A DNA stretch of 64,000 bases from assembly GCF_009834535.1 (NCBI RefSeq), contig NC_045696.1, forward strand, positions 1,986,001 through 2,050,000, read 5' to 3'. The notes beneath the pieces were generated by a model that was given only the letters and a program-made list of their open reading frames with translations, made no database searches and was not told the DNA's origin. Source of the DNA: Camelus ferus (lineage: Eukaryota). A program made the position numbers and the translations under genes. Positions within the stretch are counted from its first letter, which is position 1. Each line of letters starts with the position of its first letter. This document shows, in pieces, positions 63,201-64,000 of the stretch.

Positions 63201-63913
63201 TCACAACGTGTCTCCAGTATACTTGGTGCTACTCATCACCGTGCACAGCGTGTTGTGTGCCACTCACATGGGTACCTTCAACCACTTATCTGAAAAGACA
63301 GTTCTAAAATCAAATCAATGTCCACCTACAAAACCTAATCCTACGTGTCCATCGGGTGAGTAATCCTCATCAGTGAAGACCAGCTCCCAGAGAATAAGCC
63401 AAAGTTACTTTAAAAAATTACATTAAGAAACTGACCTAAGAGGCTCGTTCTGGGCCAACGTGAACTCCACATGCTGAGAGCAGAAGTTACATTTTCAAGC
63501 AATTCATGAATCAGTATAGAGTAACTATGCAAATAATATAGTAAAAAGTGAAGGACATTCAGAAAGAACACTCTTTCCTAAGCACACACAGTTCAATGTC
63601 AGGACTGAAGGTTCAGAGTTCCGGGTCACGGTCAGGAAGGGCAGACTGGGAAAGAGACGACTCACGTCCAAGAGCTCCAGCTCCTGCACACAGCTGTGCA
63701 GCAGCTCGAGGGCGCGCTGAGCCACCTCCCACGGCCTCTGCAGGAAGAGGAGCAGGGTGCACTGGCGAGAGAACAGGTAACTGCGCAGATCTAACAGGGT
63801 GGCTTCTTGCCTCTGTATCAATTCGCGCTTCTCCATATCTATGGGCTTTCGGAGGATCAGTCCATTCCAGCTCTTCACCGGCTGGCAGAAAAAAGTCAGC
63901 CAGTTGGCACCAT
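32590..63913 (-). CDS. TRAPPC10: Trafficking protein particle complex subunit 10 (TRAPPII, Trs130/TMEM1), exons 7-23; 5' exons outside the window
   Basis: 17 exons totalling 2990 nt join in frame, from [18 protein letters not shown] to [10 protein letters not shown] (TGA 32590-32592); sequence and gene order match TRAPPC10. Confidence 0.97.
33058..33252 (-). CDS. TRAPPC10: TRAPPC10 exon 22
   Basis: [13 protein letters not shown]...[14 protein letters not shown]...QLDA; 195 nt. Confidence 0.95.
34666..34843 (-). CDS. TRAPPC10: TRAPPC10 exon 21
   Basis: [12 protein letters not shown]...TKLMYE; 178 nt. Confidence 0.95.
36770..37840 (+). mobile_element. Old LINE-1 3' fragment in TRAPPC10 intron 20
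   Basis: agctaaaactataaactcttagaagaaaacacagg...tgtgcttcaaaggacaccatcaagaaag...catctccataaagct: degenerate L1 ORF2/3'UTR. Confidence 0.75.
38869..39039 (-). CDS. TRAPPC10: TRAPPC10 exon 20
   Basis: [16 protein letters not shown]...QVDNFF; 171 nt. Confidence 0.94.
40041..40167 (-). CDS. TRAPPC10: TRAPPC10 exon 19
   Basis: [15 protein letters not shown]...DSQQ; 127 nt. Confidence 0.95.
41468..41568 (-). CDS. TRAPPC10: TRAPPC10 exon 18
   Basis: [33 protein letters not shown]; 101 nt. Confidence 0.95.
42290..45990 (-). mobile_element. Internally deleted LINE-1 (ORF1, ORF2 fragments, 3'UTR, poly(A) tail) in TRAPPC10 intron 17
   Basis: Poly-T at ~42289-42305; ORF2 C-terminus [25 protein letters not shown]1 [31 protein letters not shown] at 45554-45742. 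Confidence 0.92.
44565..44679 (-). mobile_element. tRNA-derived SINE, Vic-1-like (camelid), nested in the L1
   Basis: GGGGAGGGTGCAGCTCAGTGGTAGGGCACATGCT...GGTCCTGGGTTCAACCCCAGTACCTCCATTAAATAAA...CCCCCC; A box and B box visible; family name from memory. Confidence 0.8.
46582..46811 (-). CDS. TRAPPC10: TRAPPC10 exon 17
   Basis: [21 protein letters not shown]...TTDHR; 230 nt. Confidence 0.93.
47590..47748 (-). CDS. TRAPPC10: TRAPPC10 exon 16
   Basis: [17 protein letters not shown]...YSNTR; 159 nt. Confidence 0.95.
48076..48257 (+). mobile_element. Short L1 3' end with A-tail/(TA)n(CA)n and target-site duplication
   Basis: tatgctgtacaccagaaactgacacaacattgtaagctgac, then an A-run; flanked by AAGAAAG at 48069-48075 and 48258-48264. 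Confidence 0.8.
49335..49476 (-). CDS. TRAPPC10: TRAPPC10 exon 15
   Basis: [15 protein letters not shown]...VEPLA; 142 nt. Confidence 0.95.
50221..50735 (-). CDS. TRAPPC10: TRAPPC10 exon 14
   Basis: [13 protein letters not shown]...NTITFRTQ; 515 nt. Confidence 0.95.
51880..52030 (+). mobile_element. MaLR (MLT1-like) LTR fragment
   Basis: gagaggcctcaccaggagccagccctgctggcaccctgacctcagac..cagcctccagaactgtgag, a typical MLT1 motif. Confidence 0.7.
52230..52700 (+). mobile_element. Old LINE-1 3'UTR fragment
   Basis: gattccacttacatgaaatgtccag...acagagacagaaagtag...gtgataaaaatgttctaaaa...ctcaataaagctgtt. Confidence 0.75.
53190..53302 (-). CDS. TRAPPC10: TRAPPC10 exon 13
   Basis: [19 protein letters not shown]...QTDSP; 113 nt. 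Confidence 0.95.
53303..53579 (-). other. U12-type (minor spliceosome) GT-AG intron, TRAPPC10 intron 12
   Basis: 5' splice site GTATCCTTT (53579-53571); branch site CCTTGAC (53320-53314) with the branch A 12 nt from the intron end; no long polypyrimidine tract after it. Confidence 0.9.
53580..53720 (-). CDS. TRAPPC10: TRAPPC10 exon 12
   Basis: [24 protein letters not shown]...GQIE; 141 nt; followed by the U12 donor GTATCCTTT. Confidence 0.93.
55777..55868 (-). CDS. TRAPPC10: TRAPPC10 exon 11
   Basis: [30 protein letters not shown]; 92 nt. Confidence 0.95.
56659..56735 (-). CDS. TRAPPC10: TRAPPC10 exon 10
   Basis: [25 protein letters not shown]; 77 nt; acceptor taag. Confidence 0.93.
57582..57696 (-). 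CDS. TRAPPC10: TRAPPC10 exon 9
   Basis: [10 protein letters not shown]...AERPET; 115 nt. Confidence 0.95.
58338..58484 (-). CDS. TRAPPC10: TRAPPC10 exon 8
   Basis: [17 protein letters not shown]...SYATEK; 147 nt. Confidence 0.95.
59820..61100 (-). mobile_element. Old LINE-1 fragments in TRAPPC10 intron 7
   Basis: gatggacatttgggttatttccagttt...ccaaggtcatgaagatattctcc...tatggtgtgaga: antisense L1 motifs; boundaries loose. Confidence 0.6.
63666..63913 (-). CDS. TRAPPC10: TRAPPC10 exon 7
   Basis: [11 protein letters not shown]...QELELLD|gtgagt; 248 nt. Confidence 0.95.
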
Positions 63914-64000
63914 CTAAACAAACACACAGCATGAAAGGCGCTGACTGCAGATCCGTCCACCTCACTGAGATTCCTGCGCAGGACTGTGGCCCCCAGGGAC

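Noticed and set aside
1..64000. Prokaryotic-type systems (CRISPR arrays, operons, defence islands)
   Set aside because: The sequence is clearly mammalian with spliceosomal introns; I saw no repeat-spacer array or foreign insert.

Overview
GC-rich mammalian genomic DNA, probably camelid (a Vic-1-like tRNA-derived SINE is present). Three intron-containing genes lie in tandem on the minus strand, in the order known from human 21q22.3. TRAPPC10 contributes its last 17 coding exons (7-23 by human numbering; 63913->32590) plus a ~3 kb 3'UTR. PWP2 is complete (21 coding exons, 28801->15313, 917 aa). GATD3/C21orf33 contributes exons 1-5 (6996->1362) and its 3' end lies outside the window. I traced all exons by hand; every intron is GT-AG and the reading frames join in phase. 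The main structure these genes do not explain is a decayed but nearly complete class I endogenous retrovirus filling the PWP2-GATD3 intergenic space (~7360-14945, minus strand). It has a 5' LTR remnant, an Arg-like PBS, gag MA, an AT-rich spacer, integrase, an EnvV-like env and a 3' LTR next to the GATD3 promoter, and it is interrupted by an L1 and a second-family solo LTR. Other notable items are a U12-type minor intron in TRAPPC10, a Pumilio-element cluster in the TRAPPC10 3'UTR and a 132-codon ORF divergent from the PWP2 promoter. I see no convincing wholly novel biological system, and most ORFs in the supplied track are chance products of GC-rich sequence. Repeat family names and comparisons with human proteins are from memory, not database searches.
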